Assembly: GCA_902597895.1 (NCBI GenBank)
Contig: CACJZM010000001.1
Coordinates: 191,837 to 255,836 of the forward strand
From: an uncultured Pelagibacteraceae bacterium
Lineage (GTDB): Bacteria; Pseudomonadota; Alphaproteobacteria; Pelagibacterales; Pelagibacteraceae
Direction of reading: 5' to 3'
Length of the DNA: 64,000 bases
Position 1 is the first letter of the stretch. Every line of letters starts with the position of its first letter. The position numbers and the translations under genes were made by a program. Shown piece after piece: positions 29,003 through 39,746 of the stretch. A model generated the notes under the pieces. It was not told the DNA's origin. It worked only from the letters and a program-made list of their open reading frames with translations, and made no database searches.

Positions 29003-31026
29003 TTATTTTTTCTATTTTCAACTAGACTTTTTACTACGCTTGGATCAGCAAGTGTTGTTGTATCACCTAATTGATCATATTCGTTTGCAGCAATTTTTCT
29101 TAAAATTCTTCTCATAATTTTTCCAGATCTAGTTTTTGGAAGCCCTGGGGAAAACTGAATAAAATCTGGAGTTGCTATAGGTCCAATTTGTTTTCTTACC
29201 CAAAGTTTTAATTCTCTTTCAAGTTCACCATCGTGTTTCTCTCCTGCGTTTAAAGTAACATAACAATATAATCCATTACCTTTGATATCATGTGGGTATC
29301 CAACAACTGCTGCTTCAGCAACTTTAGGATGTGCCACAAATGCACTTTCAATTTCTGCAGTTCCTAAGTTATGACCTGATACAATTATAACATCATCAAC
29401 TCTTCCGGTTATCCAATAGTAACCATCTTTATCTCTTCTACATCCGTCTCCAGTAAAATATTTACCCTCAAACTGAGAAAAATATGTCTCTATAAACCTA
29501 TTATGATCCCCGTAAACAGTTCTCATCTGCCCAGGCCAAGATTGAGCAATACACAATCTCCCTTGGGCTTCTCCTTTTAATACATTGCCATCTTTATCAA
29601 CTATCTCAGGTTTAATTCCGTAAAAAGGTTTAGTAGCAGAGCCTGGTTTAAGATCTATGGCACCGGTTTGAGGACTTATAAGTATTCCACCTGTTTCAGT
29701 TTGCCACCAGGTATCGACGATTGGACATTTCGAATCTCCTACAGTTTTGTAGTACCATTGCCAAGCTTCTGGATTTATAGGCTCTCCAACTGTACCTAGT
29801 AATTTCAATGTTTTTCTTGATGTTTTTTTAACTGGGCCATCTCCTTCTCTCATCAAAGCTCTAATTGCAGTAGGTGCAGTATAAAATATATTTACTTTAT
29901 ATTTATCAACAATTTGCCACCACCTTGATGTATCAGGATATGTGGGAATACCTTCAAACATTATAGTAGTTGCTCCATTAGAGAGTGGTCCATATATTAT
30001 GTAACTATGACCAGTTACCCATCCTATATCAGCAGTACACCAATAAATATCTTTAGGTTTGTAATTAAATATATATTGATGAGTCATTGATGCATAAACC
30101 ATATAACCACCAGTAGTATGTAAAACACCCTTAGGTTTACCAGTTGATCCTGAGGTATATAAAATAAATAGAGGATCTTCAGCATTCATTTCCTCCGGCT
30201 CACAATTTGAAGAGACTTTCTTTGTTATCTCATGGTACCAAACATCTCTATCTTCATCCCAATTAATTCTGTTTCCTGTTCTTTTAACAACTATACATTT
30301 TTTTACATTTGGGCAATTAACTAAAGCTTCGTCAGTAATTGATTTAAGAGGTATTGTTTTTCCTCCTCTTAATCCTTCGTCAGCTGTAACAACATAATCT
30401 GACTCACAATCATTTATTCTTCCAGAAATACTATCTGGTGAAAAACCACCAAATATTATTGAGTGGATTGCCCCAATTCTTGCGCATGCTAGCATCGTGT
30501 ATGCTAATTCTGGTATCATTGTTAGATAAATTGTGACTCTGTCGCCTTTCTGAACTCCTAATTCTTTTAATGCATTTGCAGCTTTAGATACTTCTTGATG
30601 TAGTTGTTTATATGAAATTTTTTTTTGGACCTTTGGATCATCCCCAACCCATATTATTGCAGTCTTATCTTTATTTCTTTTTAAATGTCTATCAATACAA
30701 TTTGCTGAAGCATTTAAAGTTCCATCATAATACCATTTAATGTGGACATCCTCTTTGCTATATTTAAAATCTTTTACTTTTGTATAAGGTTTTATCCAAG
30801 TGATCCGTTTACCTTCCTTTTTCCAAAAACTATCGTTATTTTTGATAGACTCTGAATATTTTTTTTCATATCCAGATTTATTTATAACTGCTTTTTTTAT
30901 CCAATCACTTTTTACTTTATAAATTAACTCTTGGCTTACATTTTTTTTTATTTTTTTTTTATTTTTTCTTTTTTTTACTTTAGATCTTTTTCTCGAAGAT
31001 TTTCTTTTTTTTAATTTTTTAGGCAT
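28999..31026 (-). CDS. acs: Acetyl-CoA synthetase with Lys/Arg-rich N-terminal extension
   Basis: [47 protein letters not shown]. Confidence 0.98.
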   Translation of the reverse strand: MPKKLKKRKSSRKRSKVKKRKNKKKIKKNVSQELIYKVKSDWIKKAVINKSGYEKKYSESIKNNDSFWKKEGKRITWIKPYTKVKDFKYSKEDVHIKWYYDGTLNASANCIDRHLKRNKDKTAIIWVGDDPKVQKKISYKQLHQEVSKAANALKELGVQKGDRVTIYLTMIPELAYTMLACARIGAIHSIIFGGFSPDSISGRINDCESDYVVTADEGLRGGKTIPLKSITDEALVNCPNVKKCIVVKRTGNRINWDEDRDVWYHEITKKVSSNCEPEEMNAEDPLFILYTSGSTGKPKGVLHTTGGYMVYASMTHQYIFNYKPKDIYWCTADIGWVTGHSYIIYGPLSNGATTIMFEGIPTYPDTSRWWQIVDKYKVNIFYTAPTAIRALMREGDGPVKKTSRKTLKLLGTVGEPINPEAWQWYYKTVGDSKCPIVDTWWQTETGGILISPQTGAIDLKPGSATKPFYGIKPEIVDKDGNVLKGEAQGRLCIAQSWPGQMRTVYGDHNRFIETYFSQFEGKYFTGDGCRRDKDGYYWITGRVDDVIIVSGHNLGTAEIESAFVAHPKVAEAAVVGYPHDIKGNGLYCYVTLNAGEKHDGELERELKLWVRKQIGPIATPDFIQFSPGLPKTRSGKIMRRILRKIAANEYDQLGDTTTLADPSVVKSLVENRKNN

Positions 31027-31032
31027 AAATAA

Positions 31033-31455
31033 TTATTTTTTATTAATATTACTCATCTTTAAAATAATTTTCCAGCTCTTAGTATCTATTGGCATTACTG
31101 ATAAACGGCTTTGTTTAATAAGTGGCAGATTTCTCAGCAGAATGTTGTTTTTAATGTCATTAAGAGAAACAGGTATATTTAAAGAGCTTTTATATCTTAC
31201 TTTAACTGCTACAAATTTATTTTCTTTATCAGTTGGATCAAGAAATGCTTCTTTGATAACCTCTACAGTTCCTACAATTTCTTTGCCTATATTTGAGTGA
31301 TAAAAAAAACATAGATCACCTATTGACATTTTTTTTAAATTATTTGCAGCTTGATAATTTCTAACACCATCCCAAACAGCTCCTTTTGTGCCAGTTTTTT
31401 TTTGTTGATCTAAAGACCAAACATTTGGTTCTGATTTTAGTAACCAATATTTCAT
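31033..31455 (-). CDS. EVE domain protein
   Basis: YWLLKSEP, WDGVRNYQAAN, FFYHS, SRLSVMP. Confidence 0.95.
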   Translation of the reverse strand: MKYWLLKSEPNVWSLDQQKKTGTKGAVWDGVRNYQAANNLKKMSIGDLCFFYHSNIGKEIVGTVEVIKEAFLDPTDKENKFVAVKVRYKSSLNIPVSLNDIKNNILLRNLPLIKQSRLSVMPIDTKSWKIILKMSNINKK

Positions 31456-32525
31456 TATAATTTTACTCCAGCTCCTTTTAAGAAAATTGCATTTTCATCA
31501 AGCGCCCATCTTGGTTTAGCAGGAAAATCTAAGTTACTAAATTGTTTAAGTTTAAATTTTTCTAATCCAGCAACTGCAATCATAGCAGCGTTGTCTCCAC
31601 AAAATTCAATAGGAGGAAATATTGCATCAAATTTTTCTTCCTCACATAGTTTTGTTAAAATATTTCTAATATTTGTATTTGCTGCAACTCCTCCAGCAAT
31701 AACAAATTTATTATTAGTGTTACCAATTTTTTTATACTGTTCTAATGCAACTTTACTTTTTTTATAAATTATTTTTTCAATTGTTCTTTGAAAAGAAGCT
31801 GCAAGATCATACTTATCATCTTCCTCTTTAATATTTTTTGCAATTTTTAAAACTGCTGTTTTAAGACCAGCAAATGACATATTGCATCCCCCTTTGTTTA
31901 TAATTGGTAAAGGCAAATCAAATCTATTTGGGTTACCTTTTTTAGCTAAAATTTCTATTTGAGGACCACCAGGAAATTCAATTCCTAAAAGTTTAGCAGT
32001 TTTATCAAATGCTTCTCCTAAAGCATCATCGATAGTAGTCCCAAGTCTTTTGTATTTTCCTAATCCCTCAACTAGCAAGTATTGACTATGACCTCCAGAT
32101 ATTAATAATAATAAATATGGGTATTCAACATCTGAATTTAATTTTGGACTTAAAGCATGACCTTCAAGATGGTTAACAGCAATAAAAGGTTTTTTTATTG
32201 ATGCTGAAATTGCTTTTGCAAAATTTAATCCTACAGATAAGCATACGATTAAACCTGGGCCAGCAGTCGCCGCAATAGCATCAACATCTTCTAACTTTAT
32301 ATTACTTACTTCTAATGCTTTTTGTGCAATGATATCAATTTTCTCAATGTGTGATCTTGCTGCTAATTCAGGGACAACACCGCCAAACTCTTTATGAACA
32401 TCAATTTGGCTTGAGATAATATTTGAGAGAATTTCTGCTCCTCCAATACTTTTTTCTCTAATTACTGCGACAGCAGTTTCATCACAGCTCGACTCAATTC
32501 CAAGAATTACAGGTTTTTTAGACAT
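31455..32525 (-). CDS. tsaD: tRNA N6-adenosine threonylcarbamoyltransferase
   Basis: GIESSCDET, GGVVPELAARSH, NHLEGH, ISGGH, GEAFDK, DNAAMIA. Confidence 0.98.
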   Translation of the reverse strand: MSKKPVILGIESSCDETAVAVIREKSIGGAEILSNIISSQIDVHKEFGGVVPELAARSHIEKIDIIAQKALEVSNIKLEDVDAIAATAGPGLIVCLSVGLNFAKAISASIKKPFIAVNHLEGHALSPKLNSDVEYPYLLLLISGGHSQYLLVEGLGKYKRLGTTIDDALGEAFDKTAKLLGIEFPGGPQIEILAKKGNPNRFDLPLPIINKGGCNMSFAGLKTAVLKIAKNIKEEDDKYDLAASFQRTIEKIIYKKSKVALEQYKKIGNTNNKFVIAGGVAANTNIRNILTKLCEEEKFDAIFPPIEFCGDNAAMIAVAGLEKFKLKQFSNLDFPAKPRWALDENAIFLKGAGVKL

Positions 32526-32581
32526 ATTTATTTTTAATAATTTTTAATTCTCAATTTAAATATGGAGTATAAATTAATTAA

Positions 32582-33505
32582 ATGAAAAGCAAAAAAATTA
32601 TTATAGGATCAAGAGGAAGCAAATTAGCACTTATTTATGCAGAAAAAGCTCGACAGGAAATTTTAAAACTTGCATCAGAATTCAATATTAATGAAGTTGA
32701 AATAAAAAAAATAACTACTGCTGGTGATAAAAATCAAAAAGTAAGATTGTCTGAAATAGGTGGCAAAGGACTTTTTTCTAAACGGATCGAAGATGAATTG
32801 CTTGATGATAAAATAAGTATTGCAATTCACGCACTAAAAGACATGCCCTCACAAGAAACGAATGGTCTAATTACAAATTCCTTTTTAAAAAGAAACGATG
32901 CTCGCGAAGTATTAATTTCAAAAGATAAAATTCCATTTAAAGAATTAAAACCTAATTCAATCATTGGTACTTCTTCATATAGACGAGAATTCCAATTAAA
33001 ACAATTAAGAAAAGATTTAAATTTTAAATTAATAAGAGGAAATGTAGATACTAGGATTAATAAAGTCACGGAAAATTTATATGATGCTACTGTCTTAGCA
33101 AGTGCGGGAATTTTTTCTCTCGATTTAGATAGTAATATTTCGCATATATTTTCTATAGATGAAATGTTACCAAGTGCTGGACAAGGTGTAATTGCTCTTC
33201 AATCTAAAGCGGATGATAATTTTATAAAAATTTTATTAAATAAAATAAATCATAAGCAGACATATTTTAGTGTTCAATCTGAAAGAAGTGTTTTAAAGGT
33301 TTTAGATGGAGATTGTGAAACAGCAATCGGGGTATATTCCAGTATAAAAAATGATATTATAGAATTAAAAGCTGAACTTTTTTCTATAGATGGAAATGAA
33401 AGATATTACGTGAAATCTTCAAAAAATATTAGTCAAGCAAATGAATTAGGTTTAGAAGTAGGTGAGAATTTAAAGAGACAATCAAAAGGTAATTATAAAA
33501 AATAA
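32582..33505 (+). CDS. hemC: Hydroxymethylbilane synthase
   Basis: GSRGSKLA, GGKGLF, HALKDMP, GTSSYRR, RGNVDTR, LDGDC. Confidence 0.97.
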   Translation: MKSKKIIIGSRGSKLALIYAEKARQEILKLASEFNINEVEIKKITTAGDKNQKVRLSEIGGKGLFSKRIEDELLDDKISIAIHALKDMPSQETNGLITNSFLKRNDAREVLISKDKIPFKELKPNSIIGTSSYRREFQLKQLRKDLNFKLIRGNVDTRINKVTENLYDATVLASAGIFSLDLDSNISHIFSIDEMLPSAGQGVIALQSKADDNFIKILLNKINHKQTYFSVQSERSVLKVLDGDCETAIGVYSSIKNDIIELKAELFSIDGNERYYVKSSKNISQANELGLEVGENLKRQSKGNYKK

Positions 33506-33506
33506 A

Positions 33507-34205
33507 ATGCATATTTTATTCACAAGACCTCTGGATGATAGCAAAGATTTAATTTTAAAGTTTAATGATTTAGGTCATAAAGTTTCATATATGCCAGTTG
33601 TTGAAATTCAAAGAATAGAACATGAGAATATAAATTTTAAAGATTATAAAGCACTTATTTTTACCAGCGCTAATAGTTTAAAATTTTTAAATACAAGAGA
33701 AGTTGATAAAAATATTTATTGTTTTTGTGTTGGTATAGCTACAGAAAAAAAAGCTTTAAGCCTAGGTTTTCAAAATATAATTACAGCTGATGGAAATGTA
33801 AGAAATTTAAAAGAGATTATACTTAGAAATTTTAATTCATCTGATGGAAAAATTCTTTATATAAGTGGAGAAATAATTTCAAAAGATCTTGATAAAGAAT
33901 TAAAATCTTTAGGATATGATGTAAAAAGGATTGTGAATTATTCTGCAAAGCCAATTAAAAATATTGACGAAAAATTTTTAGAAGATTTAAAAAACAATAT
34001 ACCTGACATTGTTTATATATATTCACAAAATAGTGCACTTAGTTTCTTAAATTTAATGAAAAATTATAATTCAACTGACCTTTGGATGAATACTAACCTG
34101 ATGTGTATGAGTGAAAAAATATCCTCAGTTCTTAACAATATTAAATGGAAAAAAATCTTTATATTTAATGCTGGTGAAGAGGAATATTTGCTATATAAAA
34201 TTTAG
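33507..34205 (+). CDS. hemD: Uroporphyrinogen-III synthase
   Basis: ILFTRP, IFTSANS, CVG.AT; follows hemC. Confidence 0.9.
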   Translation: MHILFTRPLDDSKDLILKFNDLGHKVSYMPVVEIQRIEHENINFKDYKALIFTSANSLKFLNTREVDKNIYCFCVGIATEKKALSLGFQNIITADGNVRNLKEIILRNFNSSDGKILYISGEIISKDLDKELKSLGYDVKRIVNYSAKPIKNIDEKFLEDLKNNIPDIVYIYSQNSALSFLNLMKNYNSTDLWMNTNLMCMSEKISSVLNNIKWKKIFIFNAGEEEYLLYKI

Positions 34206-34207
34206 TT

Positions 34208-35293
34208 ATGGAATTATTTGATAATTTTAAAAGTTTATTTTTATCAGTTTGGGATAGAGGAATTTTAGGAGTTGATATATTTGAGATTTTAATTGGTTTA
34301 GGAATATTTTTAATCTTCTTAATATTTAGAGGTCTGATTAGTAAACTTATTATAAGAAAATTAGAAATAATTTCTAAAAGAACTACAAATAAATTAGATG
34401 ATACATTTGTAAGTGCAATGGTAGGACCTGCCAGGTTTTTACCAATTGTTTTAGGTTTTTTTATTGCAAGCTACTATATGTCTTTTTCTGAAGATACTAG
34501 AAGCTTTGTTGATAATATAAATAGAACATTAATTACAATTCTTCTTTTTTGGATAATTCATCAAATCATTGAACCAATATCATATATTTTAAGTGGACTA
34601 GGTAAAATTTTAACTAGAGAACTTGTCGGTTGGATTATTAAATCTTTAAAAATACTGATTTTTATTTTAGGCGCCGCAGCAGTTCTAGAGCTTTGGGGAA
34701 TTAAAATAGGACCAATAATCGCTGGACTAGGTCTTTTTGGTGTTGCTGTTGCATTAGGAGCACAAGATTTATTTAAAAACTTAATATCGGGAATATTAGT
34801 TTTAGTAGAAAAAAGATTTAAGATGGGAGATTGGATTTTAGTTGAAGGAATAATAGAAGGTATAGTTGAAAGAATCGGTTTTAGATCTACAACTATAAGA
34901 AAATTTGATAAATCACTAGCGATAATTCCTAATTTTCAGTTTGCAGAAAATGCAGTTATAAATGTTAGTCAAACTACAAATTGGATTATCAGCTGGGTGA
35001 TAACTTTACAATACGATACAACTGTTGAACAACTTAAGATAATAAGAGACCAAATTGAAAACTATATTAAATCACATGAAGATTTTAATACTAAAATTGG
35101 TTACGCTGTGAGAGTAGATAAATTTTCAGACAGTTCCATTGATATGTATGTAAGATGTTTCACAAATTCTGATAGTTGGGAAAATTGGTTAGAAGTAAAA
35201 GAAAGATTAGCAATAGAAATAAAAAATATTGTAGAGAAAAACAATGCCTCTTTTGCATTTCCCAGCCAATCGATCTATGTTGAGAAGAAATGA
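34208..35293 (+). CDS. mscS: Small-conductance mechanosensitive channel
   Basis: AVALGAQD..KNLISG, GDWI, GIVERIGFRST, IPN, FAFPSQ. Confidence 0.93.
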   Translation: MELFDNFKSLFLSVWDRGILGVDIFEILIGLGIFLIFLIFRGLISKLIIRKLEIISKRTTNKLDDTFVSAMVGPARFLPIVLGFFIASYYMSFSEDTRSFVDNINRTLITILLFWIIHQIIEPISYILSGLGKILTRELVGWIIKSLKILIFILGAAAVLELWGIKIGPIIAGLGLFGVAVALGAQDLFKNLISGILVLVEKRFKMGDWILVEGIIEGIVERIGFRSTTIRKFDKSLAIIPNFQFAENAVINVSQTTNWIISWVITLQYDTTVEQLKIIRDQIENYIKSHEDFNTKIGYAVRVDKFSDSSIDMYVRCFTNSDSWENWLEVKERLAIEIKNIVEKNNASFAFPSQSIYVEKK

Positions 35294-35580
35294 TTGCAAT
35301 ATTCTATTTAATTTTACAACTCTTAAAACTTTATTCTTATGTAGTTATTGCAAATGTTTTAATAAGTTGGCTAATTGCCTTTAATATTTTAAACACCTCA
35401 AATAGATTTGTTTACTCAATTTTAGAATTTACTTACAGATTAACTGACCCATTTTTAAATAGAATTAGAAGATTTCTTCCTAATTTAGGTGCTTTTGATA
35501 TTTCCCCAATCATTCTTCTCTTGTTGATATGGTTCATAGAAATGTGTATGAAGCTTTACATAGCACCTTTAATTTTTTAA
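35290..35580 (+). CDS. YggT family membrane protein
   Basis: ISWLIAF, LTDPFL..IRRFLP, DISPII. Confidence 0.93.
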   Translation: MIAIFYLILQLLKLYSYVVIANVLISWLIAFNILNTSNRFVYSILEFTYRLTDPFLNRIRRFLPNLGAFDISPIILLLLIWFIEMCMKLYIAPLIF

Positions 35581-35589
35581 GAGCCTTAT

Positions 35590-36435
35590 ATGATTTTAAT
35601 AGATGGTAAAAAAGAAGCAGCAAAATTGAGAGAAGAACTTAAACAAGAAGTTTTAGGATTGAAAAATAATTTTAAAAAAGTTCCAGGCCTTACAGTTATT
35701 TTAATTGGTGAAATGGCACCAAGCCAAATTTATGTTCGTAACAAAGAAAAATCCGCAAGAGAAGTTGGTTTAAAATCTGAGGTTATTAAATATCCAGAAA
35801 GTATAGAAGAAAAAATAGTTTTAGAAAAAATTAAGGAGTTAAATAAAGACGATACAGTATCTGGAATTTTAGTTCAATTACCTTTACCAAAACATATAGA
35901 CAAACAAAAAGTAATCGAAACAATTTCTCCACATAAAGATGTGGATGGACTTCATCCTATGAATGTGGGAAACCTGTCTTCAGGATACCAAGGCTCTATT
36001 CCTTGTACTCCTCTTGGATGTTATTTATTAATAAAAAATGTAGAACCTAATTTAAGTGGAAAAAAAGCAGTTATGATTGGTAGGTCAAATTTAAATGGAA
36101 AGGCCATGGCACAACTTTTATTACAAGAAGATTGTACTGTAACAATTACACATTCAAAAACAAAAAATTTGAAAGCAGAATGTTTAGCTGCTGATATTAT
36201 AGTTGCTGCAGTTGGCATTACTGAACTTGTAAAAGGTGACTGGGTTAAAAAAGATGCAATAGTAATTGATGTAGGAATTAATAAAACTGAAAAAGGAATT
36301 GTTGGTGATGTAGCTTTTGATGAAGTTTCAAAAGTTGCAAAGGCTTTAACACCTGTTCCAGGAGGTGTTGGCCCTATGACTATTGCTTGCTTGTTAAAAA
36401 ACACTATTGAATGTTTTAAAAGAACTCAAAAATAA
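35590..36435 (+). CDS. folD: Methylenetetrahydrofolate dehydrogenase/cyclohydrolase
   Basis: YVRNK, GILVQLPLP, KDVDG, PCTP, DVGIN, PGGVGPMT. Confidence 0.98.
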   Translation: MILIDGKKEAAKLREELKQEVLGLKNNFKKVPGLTVILIGEMAPSQIYVRNKEKSAREVGLKSEVIKYPESIEEKIVLEKIKELNKDDTVSGILVQLPLPKHIDKQKVIETISPHKDVDGLHPMNVGNLSSGYQGSIPCTPLGCYLLIKNVEPNLSGKKAVMIGRSNLNGKAMAQLLLQEDCTVTITHSKTKNLKAECLAADIIVAAVGITELVKGDWVKKDAIVIDVGINKTEKGIVGDVAFDEVSKVAKALTPVPGGVGPMTIACLLKNTIECFKRTQK

Positions 36436-37497
36436 CTAATTTTTTTCCATTAACCACAAACTATTTTCACTTAAAAAATATAATTTACCACTCACAGGGT
36501 GAACCTGAATATCCCTTATTCTACCAATTTTTTCTTTAAAAATTATTTCTTCTTTAACATTAGACAAATCATTAAAATTAAGTTTTCTCAGAGATTTATC
36601 TTTTAATGAAGTAATCAAAGCATGACCTTTCCACTCATTAAATTCTTTACCATTATAAATTGTTATTGCACTTGTAGCTATTGATGGTACCCAATATTGA
36701 ATAGCTTTGGTATATCCTGGCATCCATTTTGGCCCTATCGGTGATCCAGAATAATTAGTTCCACCCCAACCTAAAATTTTCCATCCATAATTTTCGCCTT
36801 TTTTAACTTGTCCAAACCAATCACCTCCTTTTGCTCCATGATTGCTCATATAAATATTGCCATCAAACTCAGAGAAAGTTAATCCCTGGGGATTACGAAC
36901 TCCTATTTGATAAATTTCAGGTAGCCAATCATCTTTCCCTTCAAATTTAGGATTATCCTTTGGAATAGTTCCGTCCAGATGAATTCTAATAATACTTCCA
37001 GGATGTTTAGAAGGATCTTGCGCAATCATTCCCTCACCTCTTTCTCCCATTGAAGCGAAAAGATAATTATCTTTAATAGCTAACCTTGATCCAAAATGAT
37101 AACGAGACTCTATTGGTGGGTTAGCTTGGAAAATATTTTTAAATATTAATTTTTCTTTATTCAATTTTGCTTTAGCAATTGAAGTACTTGTTTCCCAATC
37201 CCCTCTTTTTTCAGTGTATGAAATCCATAAAAAATTATCCTTATAAATAATATCAAGCAATCCACCCTGTCCATGTTCTCTAAAATTTAAATTATGATCA
37301 ATTTCAATTAAGTTATTATTGACGACATTTACAATTTTAATATTTCCACCTTTTTCAGTAATAATTAATTCTTCATTATTGATAAATGTTGATCCCCAGG
37401 GAGAATTTAAACTTACAAGTTCTTTTAAATTATAATTTTCTGCAAATATTAAAGATGGTTTTATTAAAAAAAAAAAGACTAGGATAATTTTTTTCAT
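36436..37497 (-). CDS. PQQ-dependent soluble aldose sugar dehydrogenase (GSDH/YliI family), exported
   Basis: Signal peptide; GQGGLLD, HFGSRL, GVRNPQG, NYGW, GRIRD. Confidence 0.9.
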   Translation of the reverse strand: MKKIILVFFFLIKPSLIFAENYNLKELVSLNSPWGSTFINNEELIITEKGGNIKIVNVVNNNLIEIDHNLNFREHGQGGLLDIIYKDNFLWISYTEKRGDWETSTSIAKAKLNKEKLIFKNIFQANPPIESRYHFGSRLAIKDNYLFASMGERGEGMIAQDPSKHPGSIIRIHLDGTIPKDNPKFEGKDDWLPEIYQIGVRNPQGLTFSEFDGNIYMSNHGAKGGDWFGQVKKGENYGWKILGWGGTNYSGSPIGPKWMPGYTKAIQYWVPSIATSAITIYNGKEFNEWKGHALITSLKDKSLRKLNFNDLSNVKEEIIFKEKIGRIRDIQVHPVSGKLYFLSENSLWLMEKN

Positions 37498-37512
37498 TAA
37501 AGAAATAATAAC

Positions 37513-38226
37513 TTAGGCTAGCTTAGATCTTCCACCATCTACAGCAATAACTTGTCCAGTTATCCATGAACTATCATTAGAAAGTAAAAATTTTGCTAGA
37601 GATGCAGAGTCTTTACCTTCACCAATTCTTTTTAATGGATGTGCTTTTGCAATACCTTCTGCAATTACAGTGTTCTTAAGCATTGGCTGAGCTATTTTTG
37701 AATTTGTTAAACTTGGAGCTATACAATTTACTCTGATATTCGGTGCAAATTCAGCCGCTAAGCTAATTGCCAATCCTTCAACTGCAGCTTTTGCAGATGC
37801 AATGATAGAATGATTTGTAAATCCACGATGAACAGCAGCTGTAGAAAATAATACCACTGAGCCTTTATTTTTTTTTAAACTTTCTTGATAGCCCTTAATT
37901 GCTTCGACTGCTGAATACAGATTTAATTTCATACATTTATTAAAATCATTTTCTGTAACCATTTTAAATGGTTTAAGATCTATGGATCCTACACAATAAG
38001 CTATTCCCACAGTATCTTCTAAATCGTTTTTTACTTTTGATATAAATCCTTCTTCTAAAACATCAGCTACAGTAAAAGAAAACCCGTATTTGCTTGCAAT
38101 TGACTCAACTTCACTCTGATTTCTTGAAACAAGATGAACATTATCATTACCAGCTGTCTTCATCTGTTCAGCTAAACTTGAACCGATTGACCCTGTGGCA
38201 CCAAATATTATAAACTTTCCTGACAT
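37513..38226 (-). CDS. Short-chain dehydrogenase/reductase, atypical active site
   Basis: GATGSIG Rossmann motif, RVNCIAP, WITGQVIAVDGG; IASAK in place of YxxxK. Confidence 0.9.
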   Translation of the reverse strand: MSGKFIIFGATGSIGSSLAEQMKTAGNDNVHLVSRNQSEVESIASKYGFSFTVADVLEEGFISKVKNDLEDTVGIAYCVGSIDLKPFKMVTENDFNKCMKLNLYSAVEAIKGYQESLKKNKGSVVLFSTAAVHRGFTNHSIIASAKAAVEGLAISLAAEFAPNIRVNCIAPSLTNSKIAQPMLKNTVIAEGIAKAHPLKRIGEGKDSASLAKFLLSNDSSWITGQVIAVDGGRSKLA

Positions 38227-38254
38227 AAATATTTTTTAAGTTATAGTAAAATAT

Positions 38255-39746
38255 ATGAAGTTATTTTTTATACTTGGAAATCAGTTATTTCCACCAAAAT
38301 ACCTAAACCGCTTCAAAAATGATCACCTCTTTTTTATGGCAGAAGATCTAGGTTTATGCACTTACGAGAGGCATCATAAGCAAAAAATACTGTTATTTCT
38401 TTCATCAATGCGCTCCCACGCAGACAAACTTAGAAAGAATAAATTTAAATTAAATTATCAAAGTCTTGAAGATAAAGAATTTAAAGATGACTATTTAAAA
38501 AAACTGAAAAAAAATAATATTTCAAAAAAAAATAAAAGAAATTTCAAGCTTTGAGGTCGAGGATAAATTTTTTGAGAAAAAAATTTCTCAATTTTTTAAA
38601 AAGGAGAAAATTCAATGGAATATTATTCAAACACCAATGTTTTTAAATTCAAGAAAAGATTTTAAAAATTATTTACAAAAATCTAAAAAACCATTTATGG
38701 CAACTTTTTATAAAGAAACACGCAAAAAGTCAGGGATATTAATGGGTTCTGATGGAAATCCAGTAGGAGGAAGGTGGAGTTTTGATGAAGATAATAGAAA
38801 TAAACTGCCTAAAAATATTTCAATACCAAAGTTTCCAAATATTAATGAAACCAATCATACTAAAAAATTAAAACCCGTTATAGAAAAACTCTTTAAGGAT
38901 CATCCAGGAAGTACAGATAAATTTTGGTTTGCGACTGAATATGATGATGTAATAAAACTTTTAAACTTTTTTATCAAAGAAAAATCTAATTTATTTGGTG
39001 ATTATGAAGATGCTGTTAATCAAAAAAATAACATTTTATTTCATAGTGCTTTAAGTCCATATATAAATTTAGGTTTAGTAACTCCAGAATTTATTATTCA
39101 AAAAGTATTAGAATTTCATAAAAAAAATAAAATAAGAATTAATTCTTTGGAAGGGTATCTTCGTCAAGTAATTGGTTGGAGAGAATTTATGAGAGGAGTA
39201 TATCAAAGTTATTCTGATGAAATGGAGTCTAAAAATTTTTTCAAACAGAATAGAAAAATGAAAAAGTCTTGGTATGAAGGAACAACAGGCTTACCACCAT
39301 TAGATTATGCAATTAAAAATGCAAAAAATTATGGATGGTCCCATCATATTGAAAGATTGATGATTTTATCAAACATCATGAATCTTTGTGAGATCAAGCC
39401 TACAATTGTTTATAAATGGTTCATGGAAATGTTTGTAGACTCTTCAGATTGGGTGATGGTGCCTAATGTTTATGGAATGGGTTTATTTAGTGACGGAGGC
39501 ATTTTTGCTACAAAACCATATATATGTGGATCTAGTTACTTTATGAAGATGATGGATTTTAAAAAAGGTGAATGGTGCAATACCATGGACGGTTTGTACT
39601 GGAGATTTATAAATAGAAATAGAAATTTTTTTTTAAAAAATCCAAGATTATCTATGATGGTTAGAGTTTTTGATAAAATGAAAAATGATAGAAAAAAATT
39701 AATTTTATCTGAGGCAGATAAATTTATTAAACAAAACACCATTTAG
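38255..39746 (+). CDS. Bacterial (6-4)-type photolyase/cryptochrome (PhrB/CryB-like), split by a +1 frameshift in an A-run near 38507-38532
   Basis: ORF1 ILGNQLF...HHKQKILLFLSSMR plus ORF2 GGRWSFDEDNR, FGDYEDA, HSALSPYINLG, GWREF, HHIERLM, KPY; removing one A joins them into about 496 aa. Confidence 0.88.
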
